Origin: a virus
Taxonomy: Duplodnaviria; Caudoviricetes
Virus record (IMG/VR): IMGVR_UViG_3300028591_000103
Coordinates: 32,001 to 96,000 of that record
Reading direction: 5' to 3' (one strand)
DNA: 64,000 nucleotides
Shown piece by piece: positions 20,239 through 28,837 of the stretch. Within the stretch, counting starts at the first letter, position 1, and each line of letters begins with the position of its first letter. The position numbers were made by a program, and so were the translations under genes. Under the pieces are notes generated by a model that was not told the DNA's origin, did no database searches, and was given only the letters and a program-made list of their open reading frames with translations.

Positions 20239-20982
20239 TCATCGATTGATTTCCTTCATAGAATTATGAAGTTTTTCAATGCTGTAATAAGATTCTGAGA
20301 TCAGATCTGTTTTAACGCCCATTGCTTTTAAAAACAAATCTGTTTGAAGCAATGTGGGTTTATCATATACACCAGTTTTGATGTCTTCCAGTTTGACAGA
20401 ACCAGAACGAGAAATCTCATCCAGCATATTGTCATATTCTGTGACATTGTCACCACGTGCACCAGATATCTCAGAAAGAACCGCATCTGCACCAACACCA
20501 GCAAGCAACTCGTTTTCAACACCTGTTGTAGTACCACCTTTGGATTCACCTTTGACAGCACCGGTGTTTTCATCACGATTGGTATCACTCAAAGCCAGAC
20601 CCGTCTTTTTCATGACCATTTGCTGAGGACGTTTGATGTTCAAATATCCAACAAGTACAGGTTCCTTGGTTCTTACGGGTCTGTTCGGGTCTGATGATAG
20701 ATGAGGCATGTAAACGTACTCGAATAACTTGATTCCGAGCAAGTTTGCAGCTTTTTCCAGATTCTCATATTTCAGTTTTCTGGATTCATCTCCAAACTCT
20801 TCAATGTCAACACGAATGTTTGATTTCGGATCTGCCAAGAATTTTGTGATCCAATCATTGAATTGTTGATCGGACATGACTTGAAACATCTTGCGATATT
20901 TCTCAGCATTCACTCCAGAAAGATCCATTGTTTTCAAGACATTATCGATGAGCGTTTGGACTTGTTTTCGTTTCTCATTCAA
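20239..20982 (-). CDS. Multisubunit phage RNA polymerase beta-subunit C-terminal fragment (phiKZ gp149-like, probably virion RNAP)
   Basis: 247 aa; PVLVGYLNIKRPQQMVMKK...RDENTGAVKGESKGG corresponds to the conserved rpoB C-terminal regions (V.VG..Y..KL.H...K; T.QP..G....GG). Confidence 0.75.
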   Translation of the reverse strand: MNEKRKQVQTLIDNVLKTMDLSGVNAEKYRKMFQVMSDQQFNDWITKFLADPKSNIRVDIEEFGDESRKLKYENLEKAANLLGIKLFEYVYMPHLSSDPNRPVRTKEPVLVGYLNIKRPQQMVMKKTGLALSDTNRDENTGAVKGESKGGTTTGVENELLAGVGADAVLSEISGARGDNVTEYDNMLDEISRSGSVKLEDIKTGVYDKPTLLQTDLFLKAMGVKTDLISESYYSIEKLHNSMKEINR

Positions 20983-21009
20983 TGACTGACACTCCTTTCG
21001 GTATAAAAG

Positions 21010-21022
21010 TTACAAAAGCGTT
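21010..21022 (-). promoter_or_regulatory. Candidate late promoter AAC-N7-TAA (AACGCTTTTGTAA)
   Basis: The same spacing recurs upstream of several structural operons. Confidence 0.55.
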
Positions 21023-21037
21023 TGAGACTATAAATAG

Positions 21038-21059
21038 GAGGAGGGCCGAAGCCCTCCTC
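21038..21059. terminator. Hairpin GAGGAGGGC-CGAA-GCCCTCCTC
   Basis: 9-bp perfect stem just downstream of 21073..23223. Confidence 0.7.
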
Positions 21060-21072
21060 TGTTTTGATCATA

Positions 21073-23223
21073 TTACCAACGTCTTGGGCGAGAAATCTTT
21101 GATACAAGTTTAGCAGATTCCGTGACGGTAACTCCACCGCCCTTTGCAATCTTCTGGAGATGCTCATCCAGATTTTCAGCTTCCTTTGGATCAAAGAGTT
21201 GATCGGAGAATATCTCTTTGACATTGGTCTGTTCCAATGACGAGTAATTTTCGACAATCCACTCACAATATTTCTTGACTGATGGATCGAGTTTCTCTTT
21301 ACTTTCAAGAAGAGCTTTTGCAATCTTCATTCCTGCATAAGAACGTTCTGTAGCAGATGGGTGTGGATCCATAACCAATGTGCCGAGTTCACGTTCCAAT
21401 TTTGCAAGACGATTCAAACGTTCTGTATCAACCTGATTTGGTGTTAGTTTTGAGCCCAAACCACCGACGGCGAATGCTTGAGGGAGATTATACATACCTG
21501 CAAACAAGTCTGCATAATATTCTTCCTTATTGGTTCTATTGAGATATGCTTCAACCTGTTTTGCATATTCACCACCATCGTTCGCTTTTACTAAAGCGCC
21601 TATGCATAATATGAGTCCGATTGGAGCTAATATGCCTGTACATGTCAATACGATTCCAATGATAAACATTGCTTTCGATTTAGAACCTTGACTTCTTGAT
21701 TTTTCAGAAGCTTTCTTCTTTTCATTCAATTGACTCACATAAGACTGGAGACGTTCCATATATCGATCCAGATGTTCCAGATCTTCAGGACCCGCTTTCT
21801 CCACTTCACGCTTTAATTCTTCGATAGCGTTTTCATTGTACTTTGTTGCGGCGATTGACATCAATTGTTTTACGAGTTTGCGTTTCACAAAACGACCAAT
21901 CTTCTGTTGTCCAGTAGCAGTAATCGCGTTGATTGCATTAGTCAGAACAGCACGACGGGATTTGATATTGTCTGTACTGGATGCAAGCATAACTGCGGAA
22001 GCCATGACTGCGATATATCCATCTGTCTCTTTTCTGATGGCCGCGGAGATATTATGCCAAATCTCATGAAGGATAATCGACATGATTGCTTGACCATACA
22101 TCTCACGGTCATTCTGTGCAGGATTGATTTTAACGATATCACCAGCCAGAATCACATCAATCGGAAGTCCATGCAACTGGAATCCTTTTGCTTTTGAAAT
22201 GGAAACTGGTTGTGGAACGTCGCTGTATGTCGGTGTGTAACCATCGGTGACTTTCCGACCATTCTTATCTCGGACATCAAAGAATCGAACTGCAAGATGG
22301 CAATCAAACTGAGATTCAATCAGTTTAATCGCTGATTGGAATTTCGGTTTTCTGATCAACTCTTTGAAATCAAAATCTTTTGTTTCAATTTCACTTCTCG
22401 CTTCATTGATCAACTTGACAGCACGGAAGATATTCTTGTTGTCAAACTTCATGTATCGAAGATCTTCAGCCTTTGCGGCTTTGGGCTGTTTTGCAGCTTC
22501 TTGAATCATCGTATGTGTTTTATCCACATAATCAAATCCAAGAGATTGCATTTCTTCATAACCCATGTATGTAGAACCATGATGTTTATCAAACAAATCA
22601 ACATGGAATGCACACTCATGAATGTTTTCTGAGATATCATGTGCTGCTTTCTCCAGATCAATCTTCGAATCAGATGCTGTTGGAAGATTATTCATGATAT
22701 CATCTTCATCTGTGAAGTACGACTTCGGTTTCGATGGTTCTGAAACATAATCCGGAATCAACTTTTGTGAACGGAGTTCAGCAACCTTTGCATTTGCTGC
22801 AGGTGTATTCTCCATGTCAACAAGACCGGAAGAATATACAATGATTTCATTTCCATCGGAATCAAAATGACGACTGATAACTTCACCCTTCGAAGGATCG
22901 GGTGTCTTCTGAGAAGCATTCAATTTATTCTTCTCAATCTGATCTGCCTGATAATTATCAAGCTTTTCATTTACGCGTTGAGAAATGTTATCGAGAACAG
23001 CACCAATCGCACAAACAATTGCCTTTGTATTTGCAGACGGATTTGGACGATCCGGTGCAAGGATTGTATCTCCTTGCACCTGAATCGAATTTGCTCGATC
23101 ATCAACGACAATATTCTCAGCAGGAATCTGATACATCGCAGCAACAGCTTCCAATGCAGTAATCAGCGAATCAGAATTCTTTATCGCCTTTTCTACGGCT
23201 TCTTTTGTGATTTCAGATGTCAT
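21073..23223 (-). CDS. Head protein with zincin (M48-like) metallopeptidase domain and hydrophobic segment
   Basis: GAAAGGAGG RBS before MTSEI (23223). Motifs IILHEIWHN, EEYYADLFA and DPHPSATER; flanked by MIQE|A and TVTE|S. Confidence 0.7.
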   Translation of the reverse strand: MTSEITKEAVEKAIKNSDSLITALEAVAAMYQIPAENIVVDDRANSIQVQGDTILAPDRPNPSANTKAIVCAIGAVLDNISQRVNEKLDNYQADQIEKNKLNASQKTPDPSKGEVISRHFDSDGNEIIVYSSGLVDMENTPAANAKVAELRSQKLIPDYVSEPSKPKSYFTDEDDIMNNLPTASDSKIDLEKAAHDISENIHECAFHVDLFDKHHGSTYMGYEEMQSLGFDYVDKTHTMIQEAAKQPKAAKAEDLRYMKFDNKNIFRAVKLINEARSEIETKDFDFKELIRKPKFQSAIKLIESQFDCHLAVRFFDVRDKNGRKVTDGYTPTYSDVPQPVSISKAKGFQLHGLPIDVILAGDIVKINPAQNDREMYGQAIMSIILHEIWHNISAAIRKETDGYIAVMASAVMLASSTDNIKSRRAVLTNAINAITATGQQKIGRFVKRKLVKQLMSIAATKYNENAIEELKREVEKAGPEDLEHLDRYMERLQSYVSQLNEKKKASEKSRSQGSKSKAMFIIGIVLTCTGILAPIGLILCIGALVKANDGGEYAKQVEAYLNRTNKEEYYADLFAGMYNLPQAFAVGGLGSKLTPNQVDTERLNRLAKLERELGTLVMDPHPSATERSYAGMKIAKALLESKEKLDPSVKKYCEWIVENYSSLEQTNVKEIFSDQLFDPKEAENLDEHLQKIAKGGGVTVTESAKLVSKISRPRRW

Positions 23224-23242
23224 ATAAATTCCTCCTTTCATA

Positions 23243-26200
23243 TTATGTGTTTGATGGATTTTCTGCCGGAGTTTCTGGATTAACTGCCTGATCCGCTGTC
23301 GGAGTCCCAGCTTTCTCTGCACCATTTTCTTGAGGATTAACCGTATTCACAGCATTTTCCTTTGCAGCCTTTCCAGATGTTTGTGCCTGGTATGCATCAA
23401 CAATCTTCTTATACGCTTCATAATACGTATTGAAGAATTCTTTGGTGATGGTGTTGATTGTGTTCATCTGATAATTCGCAGCAACTTCCTGAAGCATATC
23501 GAACATCTTTTGAGCATTGGACTTTCCACCCTGAGTATTGGTGTCTTCACCGCCGTTTTGTTGAGCTTTATTGGCAGCAGCTTCATCAGATTTCATCTGT
23601 GATTCAACAGCCTTCAATGATGTTTGAAGAGCCTTTGTCATACTGCGAGAAACTTCTTCAATGAGCTTCTGAGAATTCAGCAGATCAGATACGATTGAAT
23701 TCCAGATGTCTGCAGTCATCGCACCAGTGTAACTTGTTTGCTGTTCATTTGGTTCTGTTGTGCTGAAAAGAATATAATTCTTTATCAGTTTCACAGCATC
23801 TTCCTTCTGAGCCTGAGCAATCTTCGTAGCTGTTGCATCATCACCCGGATAAAGATCAGCTTTATAATTCTGAAGCTCTTCATCCGTAATTGGATTATCT
23901 TTATTCGCGCCAAGGAATTTCGCGGTCACATTTTGAACATTCGCTTCCTTGGATAACACATCCTTTGCAGGAATCTTGTACATTGGGAAATACTTCAAAT
24001 TCGGTTTGAAGTTTCCGTTTGCAATCGCCTGACCAATGCTCTTGTTAACTTTGTCATGAGTCTTGATCCAAGCGGTCTTTGCAGCATTCAATGCATTAAA
24101 CGAATTCGGAACATTCGCAAACTTTGTCTGGATCCATTTACCGAAGCTTCTGATTAATCCAGTCAATTTCGAAAGAACACCATTCTTCGGTGCTGTGTTG
24201 ACAGGTTGTCCACCGATCTCAACTTGTGGACCGCCATTATTTTCTTTACCTTCATCTGCTTCAGTAAATACGAACTGTTCGCAATATGTGAATCCGGGAA
24301 TCATTGTATCACACATATTATCATCGTATGTAATGACGGTATGTGTATTATGATACAGCTTCAGAACATTCTTTGTGAAGCATTCACCGAGCACACAGAG
24401 AATATCCGTAACAAGTTGACGATTACATGTTAATCCGACAGAATCGATTATGTGATGCATCACACCAGAAATACGAATAATATTATCTGCAATATCCGAA
24501 TTATCTTTTAATGTGCATCCACAATACATTCTATGAAGCATCTTCATTGTTTCAACAAGAGGATGACGTTCATCATTGCCGACTGCATCCAGACGATAAT
24601 TGGAATCATAGAATTGGTTACCATAAGAAATCTTATCTAACCAATTCACATCCGTGAAGAATGAACATCTGTCAGCAAGGAATCCACGACCATTGTCATT
24701 CAATCCAAAGTCTTCTTCACATTTATGGAAGTATGGGCGGAACATTTCAATGGTAGGTGCACACATTGCATATGTCGGTAATGAATCCATTGTAGAATAC
24801 TTGACAAGCATTGTGCGAATAGGCGAACGTTCCGACTTCAACATGAAATGAATTGCACTCTTTGTATCCTTGAAATTCGGGGTGCAATCTTGTAATACAA
24901 CATTTCTCATGTTGCAATCAAACGGCATCCGTGTGCTGAGATTCACATCATTGGTTTTGATAATCGCACATTCCATGACACATTCTTGCCAAGGTTTTGC
25001 AACTTTCGTACGTGCAAATGATTTCATTTTCTTGTCGACATCTTCGCCATTGTAATCCTTGGCATTTCCGTCGAATACAAGTTTGCATTGATCCGGTGTC
25101 ATTTCCGCAGCATCACGCATCTGTTGTGGAGAAGGAACGGCCTTATCAGAAAACGCCTTTCCACACATCTTAATCAGGTCATTCGTAAATGTTGTACAGA
25201 TCTTCTTGGTATCATCCTTGGAACCAGTTGTATCATCATTGAATGCCTTCTTGATCAATAATCCAATATCGAACTTGGAATTGTCCTTATCATCATAACG
25301 ACGCAATGCTTCTTGATGGATTGCTTCATGAGCATCTTTCGGAATATAGAATCCGAATACACAGATGTCTTTATCCGCAAGATTGGATGCTTGTAATGAT
25401 TCACGTTTCATACCCATCTTCTTAGGATGATCCGGATCATCTTGCAATCTTGCTCCATAAGAGAACATCTCCTTCAGACCGGCATCAAATGCAAGAGAGC
25501 AATGGGACCATTTTGATTTTGTAATCTTTTGGATCTGATGGCTCAATGGTGCAGTGCCTGACGAAAGAACGATGAACAACGGAGCATACTCTCTTCTGCT
25601 GAAAGATTCCTGGGTAATGATTTCTCCACGTCTATCTTTGGAATCAAATGTAGAACGCGGAATTGCATAAGCGATCATCTGTTCCAGAGTACATGTATTC
25701 AGAGAGCAAACAAACAGAATGAATGTCTCGATGTATTTCATAACGAGACCGCAGTCACAACAAACGATTCCATCTCTGAGAGAATCCTTCATTGTATCTT
25801 TAATAGTATTCGGAAGCGCATTGACAACTGCTTTCATTGCAGCAGGGAAATGCATACCATTAATAGTATCATAATCCTTCTTCATATCTTTTGCACGTTC
25901 CGTCAGCTCATACTTTGAATATACAGCTCTGTCAAAGAATGTGTTCTGTGCTTGTACCAGAAGATCGAGCAATGTTTCTGTACGAGGATCCATATAAGAA
26001 TCGAATCCAAGCAGATTATCTCGACACATCTTCACACCACTGTTATCAACGACAAATTGTTTCGCCAGTTCAACTGATAATTTCTCCAGATCAGGAACAT
26101 TGCATGCAACCAGTCTTTTTGATATTGCTTTGAAAAGATATGAGATGTAAGATGCAATATCTTTTGGAGTGATGTAGATCATCTGATAACGTGTATTACA

Positions 26201-26377
26201 GATACCATATGATTCCGTGAACTTTGATCCTTTTACAATGGATTCGAGTTGATCCAATGTATCATCATAGACTTTCAGAGATTCTGAAAAAGCAGTCAAG
26301 AAATCCGAACCAAACTCAAGCTTCGGCTTTCCGTCTGTCTTATTCACATCAATGATATCCATTACTTTATCGGACAT
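23243..26377 (-). CDS. Large head polyprotein containing a permuted papain-like (NlpC/P60, YiiX-like) domain
   Basis: 1044 aa; SKWSHCSLAFD...FSYG...FD...KKICTTF with His before Cys; FTE|S, ITQE|S, CVME|C and VFTE|A motifs. Confidence 0.7.
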   Translation of the reverse strand: MSDKVMDIIDVNKTDGKPKLEFGSDFLTAFSESLKVYDDTLDQLESIVKGSKFTESYGICNTRYQMIYITPKDIASYISYLFKAISKRLVACNVPDLEKLSVELAKQFVVDNSGVKMCRDNLLGFDSYMDPRTETLLDLLVQAQNTFFDRAVYSKYELTERAKDMKKDYDTINGMHFPAAMKAVVNALPNTIKDTMKDSLRDGIVCCDCGLVMKYIETFILFVCSLNTCTLEQMIAYAIPRSTFDSKDRRGEIITQESFSRREYAPLFIVLSSGTAPLSHQIQKITKSKWSHCSLAFDAGLKEMFSYGARLQDDPDHPKKMGMKRESLQASNLADKDICVFGFYIPKDAHEAIHQEALRRYDDKDNSKFDIGLLIKKAFNDDTTGSKDDTKKICTTFTNDLIKMCGKAFSDKAVPSPQQMRDAAEMTPDQCKLVFDGNAKDYNGEDVDKKMKSFARTKVAKPWQECVMECAIIKTNDVNLSTRMPFDCNMRNVVLQDCTPNFKDTKSAIHFMLKSERSPIRTMLVKYSTMDSLPTYAMCAPTIEMFRPYFHKCEEDFGLNDNGRGFLADRCSFFTDVNWLDKISYGNQFYDSNYRLDAVGNDERHPLVETMKMLHRMYCGCTLKDNSDIADNIIRISGVMHHIIDSVGLTCNRQLVTDILCVLGECFTKNVLKLYHNTHTVITYDDNMCDTMIPGFTYCEQFVFTEADEGKENNGGPQVEIGGQPVNTAPKNGVLSKLTGLIRSFGKWIQTKFANVPNSFNALNAAKTAWIKTHDKVNKSIGQAIANGNFKPNLKYFPMYKIPAKDVLSKEANVQNVTAKFLGANKDNPITDEELQNYKADLYPGDDATATKIAQAQKEDAVKLIKNYILFSTTEPNEQQTSYTGAMTADIWNSIVSDLLNSQKLIEEVSRSMTKALQTSLKAVESQMKSDEAAANKAQQNGGEDTNTQGGKSNAQKMFDMLQEVAANYQMNTINTITKEFFNTYYEAYKKIVDAYQAQTSGKAAKENAVNTVNPQENGAEKAGTPTADQAVNPETPAENPSNT

Positions 26378-26434
26378 AAGACAAATCTCCTTTTCATAAA
26401 ATTTGAAATAACAAAACCCTCTACAAGCAGAGGT

Positions 26435-26447
26435 TTAACAACTCGTT
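26435..26447 (-). promoter_or_regulatory. Candidate late promoter AAC-N7-TAA (AACGAGTTGTTAA)
   Basis: Upstream of the head-protein operon; shares TGTGGAAAACGA with the site at 52343..52355. Confidence 0.55.
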
Positions 26448-26688
26448 TTCCACATTATAATACTTCGCTTTTTAAAATGAAAAAAAAAATAAAATTTCGT
26501 ATATATTTCATTTCCATGAAATGAAATCTCATTTCATATTCATTACAAAACACTGCCAATCAACATTCCAATTATCATTGGGGATATTTTTGAAAAAATC
26601 ATAATAGAAAATTATCATGCTGATTGGACATTATATATTATCTTTTGACAAAATTTTAATCACTTGAGAAAGGAGGATACTATATATC

Positions 26689-27435
26689 ATGCGTAATACT
26701 CGTTGTCCTTTTTGTATCAAAATTTTTAATGACAAACATCAATTCTGTCATCACATAGCCAACGTTCATAATGATCAAACTCCAGAGGACGCTGATCCTC
26801 TGGAGTTTGCTTATTCTTTATTGGTTCATAAACCGATTGGAAGAATCTGTGTCATGTGTCGCAATAACAAAGTGAATTTCAATCAACAGAGTTTGAAGTA
26901 TGACAGAATTTGTTCAGATCCAAAGTGCAAAGAAGCTTATGTCAAAATGATGAAAGCTAGAATGGTGAAAGTCCATGGACAGGAGCATCTTTTAAATGAT
27001 GCCGATATGCAACGAAAAATGATTTATAATCATCCAAACGCACGGGATTTCGTTTGGGATGAAGATCACAAATTTCGGGTGATCGGTACTTATGAAGAAG
27101 ATTTCTTGAAGAAATTGAGATCTATTGGATGGAGTCCAAACGATGTAATTGCACCGTCTCCAAATAATTATTGGTACAAATGGAAAGATGGTACATTGCA
27201 TCTATATATTCCCGATTTCTATATCCCTTCTTTGTCTCTTGAGGTTGAAATCAAAGAATCAGATAATCATCATCCGAGAATGGAACATGCTCGGGAAATT
27301 GAACATCTGAAAGATCAACGTTTAAGAGATGAAGAAAAGAAAACCCATATCCATTATATCAAGATCGTTGATAAAAACTATGACGAATTCATGCGGGATT
27401 ATGTTAAATCCGATGAAAATAAACCGGAGGATTAA
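26689..27435 (+). CDS. C2H2 zinc-finger / PD-(D/E)XK endonuclease-like protein
   Basis: CPFC-x12-H-x4-H, a second CxxC...CxxxxC cluster, and YIPDFYIPSLSLEVEIKES; AAGGAGG RBS. Confidence 0.7.
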   Translation: MRNTRCPFCIKIFNDKHQFCHHIANVHNDQTPEDADPLEFAYSLLVHKPIGRICVMCRNNKVNFNQQSLKYDRICSDPKCKEAYVKMMKARMVKVHGQEHLLNDADMQRKMIYNHPNARDFVWDEDHKFRVIGTYEEDFLKKLRSIGWSPNDVIAPSPNNYWYKWKDGTLHLYIPDFYIPSLSLEVEIKESDNHHPRMEHAREIEHLKDQRLRDEEKKTHIHYIKIVDKNYDEFMRDYVKSDENKPED

Positions 27436-27439
27436 TTAT

Positions 27440-28684
27440 ATGAATGAACTTTTGCAATGCATTGATCAAATCGATCAATCTGTGAATGATGCTGAAATCA
27501 ATGTTCTCGAAGCTCTTATCGGATCATATGATAAAGCATTAATGATACTTCAAGAATGTGAAGTCTCTGATTATTCCGCCTTCGAAATTTTCCAGGAAGG
27601 TGAAAAGTGGGATAAGTTTAAGGAAGATACCAAAGCTCCCATTCTTGGAAATAAGGGTGAGAGTCTCATCAAACGTATTCTTATGATTATACCACGTTTG
27701 ATCCAAAAGATCGCTGCGCTTATAGCAAAAGCGTTTACAAGAAACAAAGCATCGAAACAAAAAATGGAAAACGATGTTCAAACATTGAAACAAGCGGTAC
27801 AAACTTCTGAACCGTTTGAAAAATTTGAACCAAATGAGTTTGAACCGAACAAATTTGAAGCTGAACCACAACAACAACCACAACAACAACCACAGCAACA
27901 ACCACAGATGCAAACAATCGAACCCCCGAAAAGAGATGAATCAGAACCACAAGCTTCTGGGAATGAAGAAACGAATTTAGAAGATGTTATTCTTCATGTC
28001 AAAGGTGCGACATTTTTCGGTCAAAAATTATGGGATCTTTCGAAGATTTTTGATAAGGATTCTGATTTAGAATCGCCAGCGATAAAAGTATCATTTTCAA
28101 TCCCAATGGAGTTATACGGCAAACAGGAAGCGAATGATAAAGTAAGGGAAGCACTTCATCAAGTTGATCAAACTATTAAACGTTTAGAGTATGAATATAA
28201 ACTTTTAGAACAGGGAAGGAAAGAAAGTCGCGAATTTCGTGTAAGAATCGGTGATGCTGTTGAAGTTTTTGAAAAAATGAAAGCGGTCTTTAATGAGAGA
28301 CATGACAAAAGAAACCAAACAATCAACACACTCAATAGTATCATTAAAGATCTTGACAAAGCAAATGCTGAATTCAAAAAGAAATACGACGCTAATGCTA
28401 TGAATTTCCTTCGTGGATTTCAAGCTAGTTCAATGGTCATGTCAGAAGAACAATGGGACGAATATAATCGTAAAGAAAATGCGTGTCTTCAGCTTTGGTT
28501 AAATTATACACAAGGAGTGTCCGAAATCGTATCATTGATGTCGAATATAACAGCTACTGAGATGAGAGTGTGGGATAATAACTACAAAGTCGTCATGGAT
28601 GCTGTCAATGAGATTAAAAATAATAATCAATCGGATTTGGGCAAAACCAAAACCATTAATTTGTCCAAACGTAATACCAACTAA
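27440..28684 (+). CDS. Internal head (ejection) protein with conserved cleavable leader
   Basis: GGAGG RBS before MNELLQCID at 27440. Leader paralogous to 6759..7823; ILQE|C and IFQE|G motifs. Confidence 0.65.
   Translation: MNELLQCIDQIDQSVNDAEINVLEALIGSYDKALMILQECEVSDYSAFEIFQEGEKWDKFKEDTKAPILGNKGESLIKRILMIIPRLIQKIAALIAKAFTRNKASKQKMENDVQTLKQAVQTSEPFEKFEPNEFEPNKFEAEPQQQPQQQPQQQPQMQTIEPPKRDESEPQASGNEETNLEDVILHVKGATFFGQKLWDLSKIFDKDSDLESPAIKVSFSIPMELYGKQEANDKVREALHQVDQTIKRLEYEYKLLEQGRKESREFRVRIGDAVEVFEKMKAVFNERHDKRNQTINTLNSIIKDLDKANAEFKKKYDANAMNFLRGFQASSMVMSEEQWDEYNRKENACLQLWLNYTQGVSEIVSLMSNITATEMRVWDNNYKVVMDAVNEIKNNNQSDLGKTKTINLSKRNTN
27813..27907 (+). repeat. In-frame short tandem repeats encoding FEPNE/FEPNK and (PQQQ)3
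   Basis: CCACAACAACAA-type 12-mers (x3) preceded by TTTGAACC 15-mers. Confidence 0.7.
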
Positions 28685-28711
28685 ATACTATTTAAAAGGA
28701 GCTGAATGATT

Positions 28712-28837
28712 ATGGCAAGACCACGTAAAACGGAAAGACCGGAAACAGTGCTTGATGCAATGGGTCCGGACATGAATGAAGAAACCTCCAACGGCAGAGG
28801 TGAAGATGAAGTAGAAGAGGAGGAAACCAAAACATGA
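28712..28837 (+). CDS. 41-aa acidic peptide translationally coupled to the endolysin
   Basis: AAAGGAG RBS; MARPRKTERPETVLDAMGPDMNEETSNGRGEDEVEEEETKT; ATGA stop/start overlap at 28834-28837. Below the ORF-track size cutoff. Confidence 0.6.
   Translation: MARPRKTERPETVLDAMGPDMNEETSNGRGEDEVEEEETKT

Noticed and set aside
23224-23325. Upstream extensions of ORF-track starts (also 12416, 27329, 31331, 39025, 44064, 62417)
   Set aside because: They overlap neighbouring genes or promoters; strong RBS sites support the downstream starts used here.
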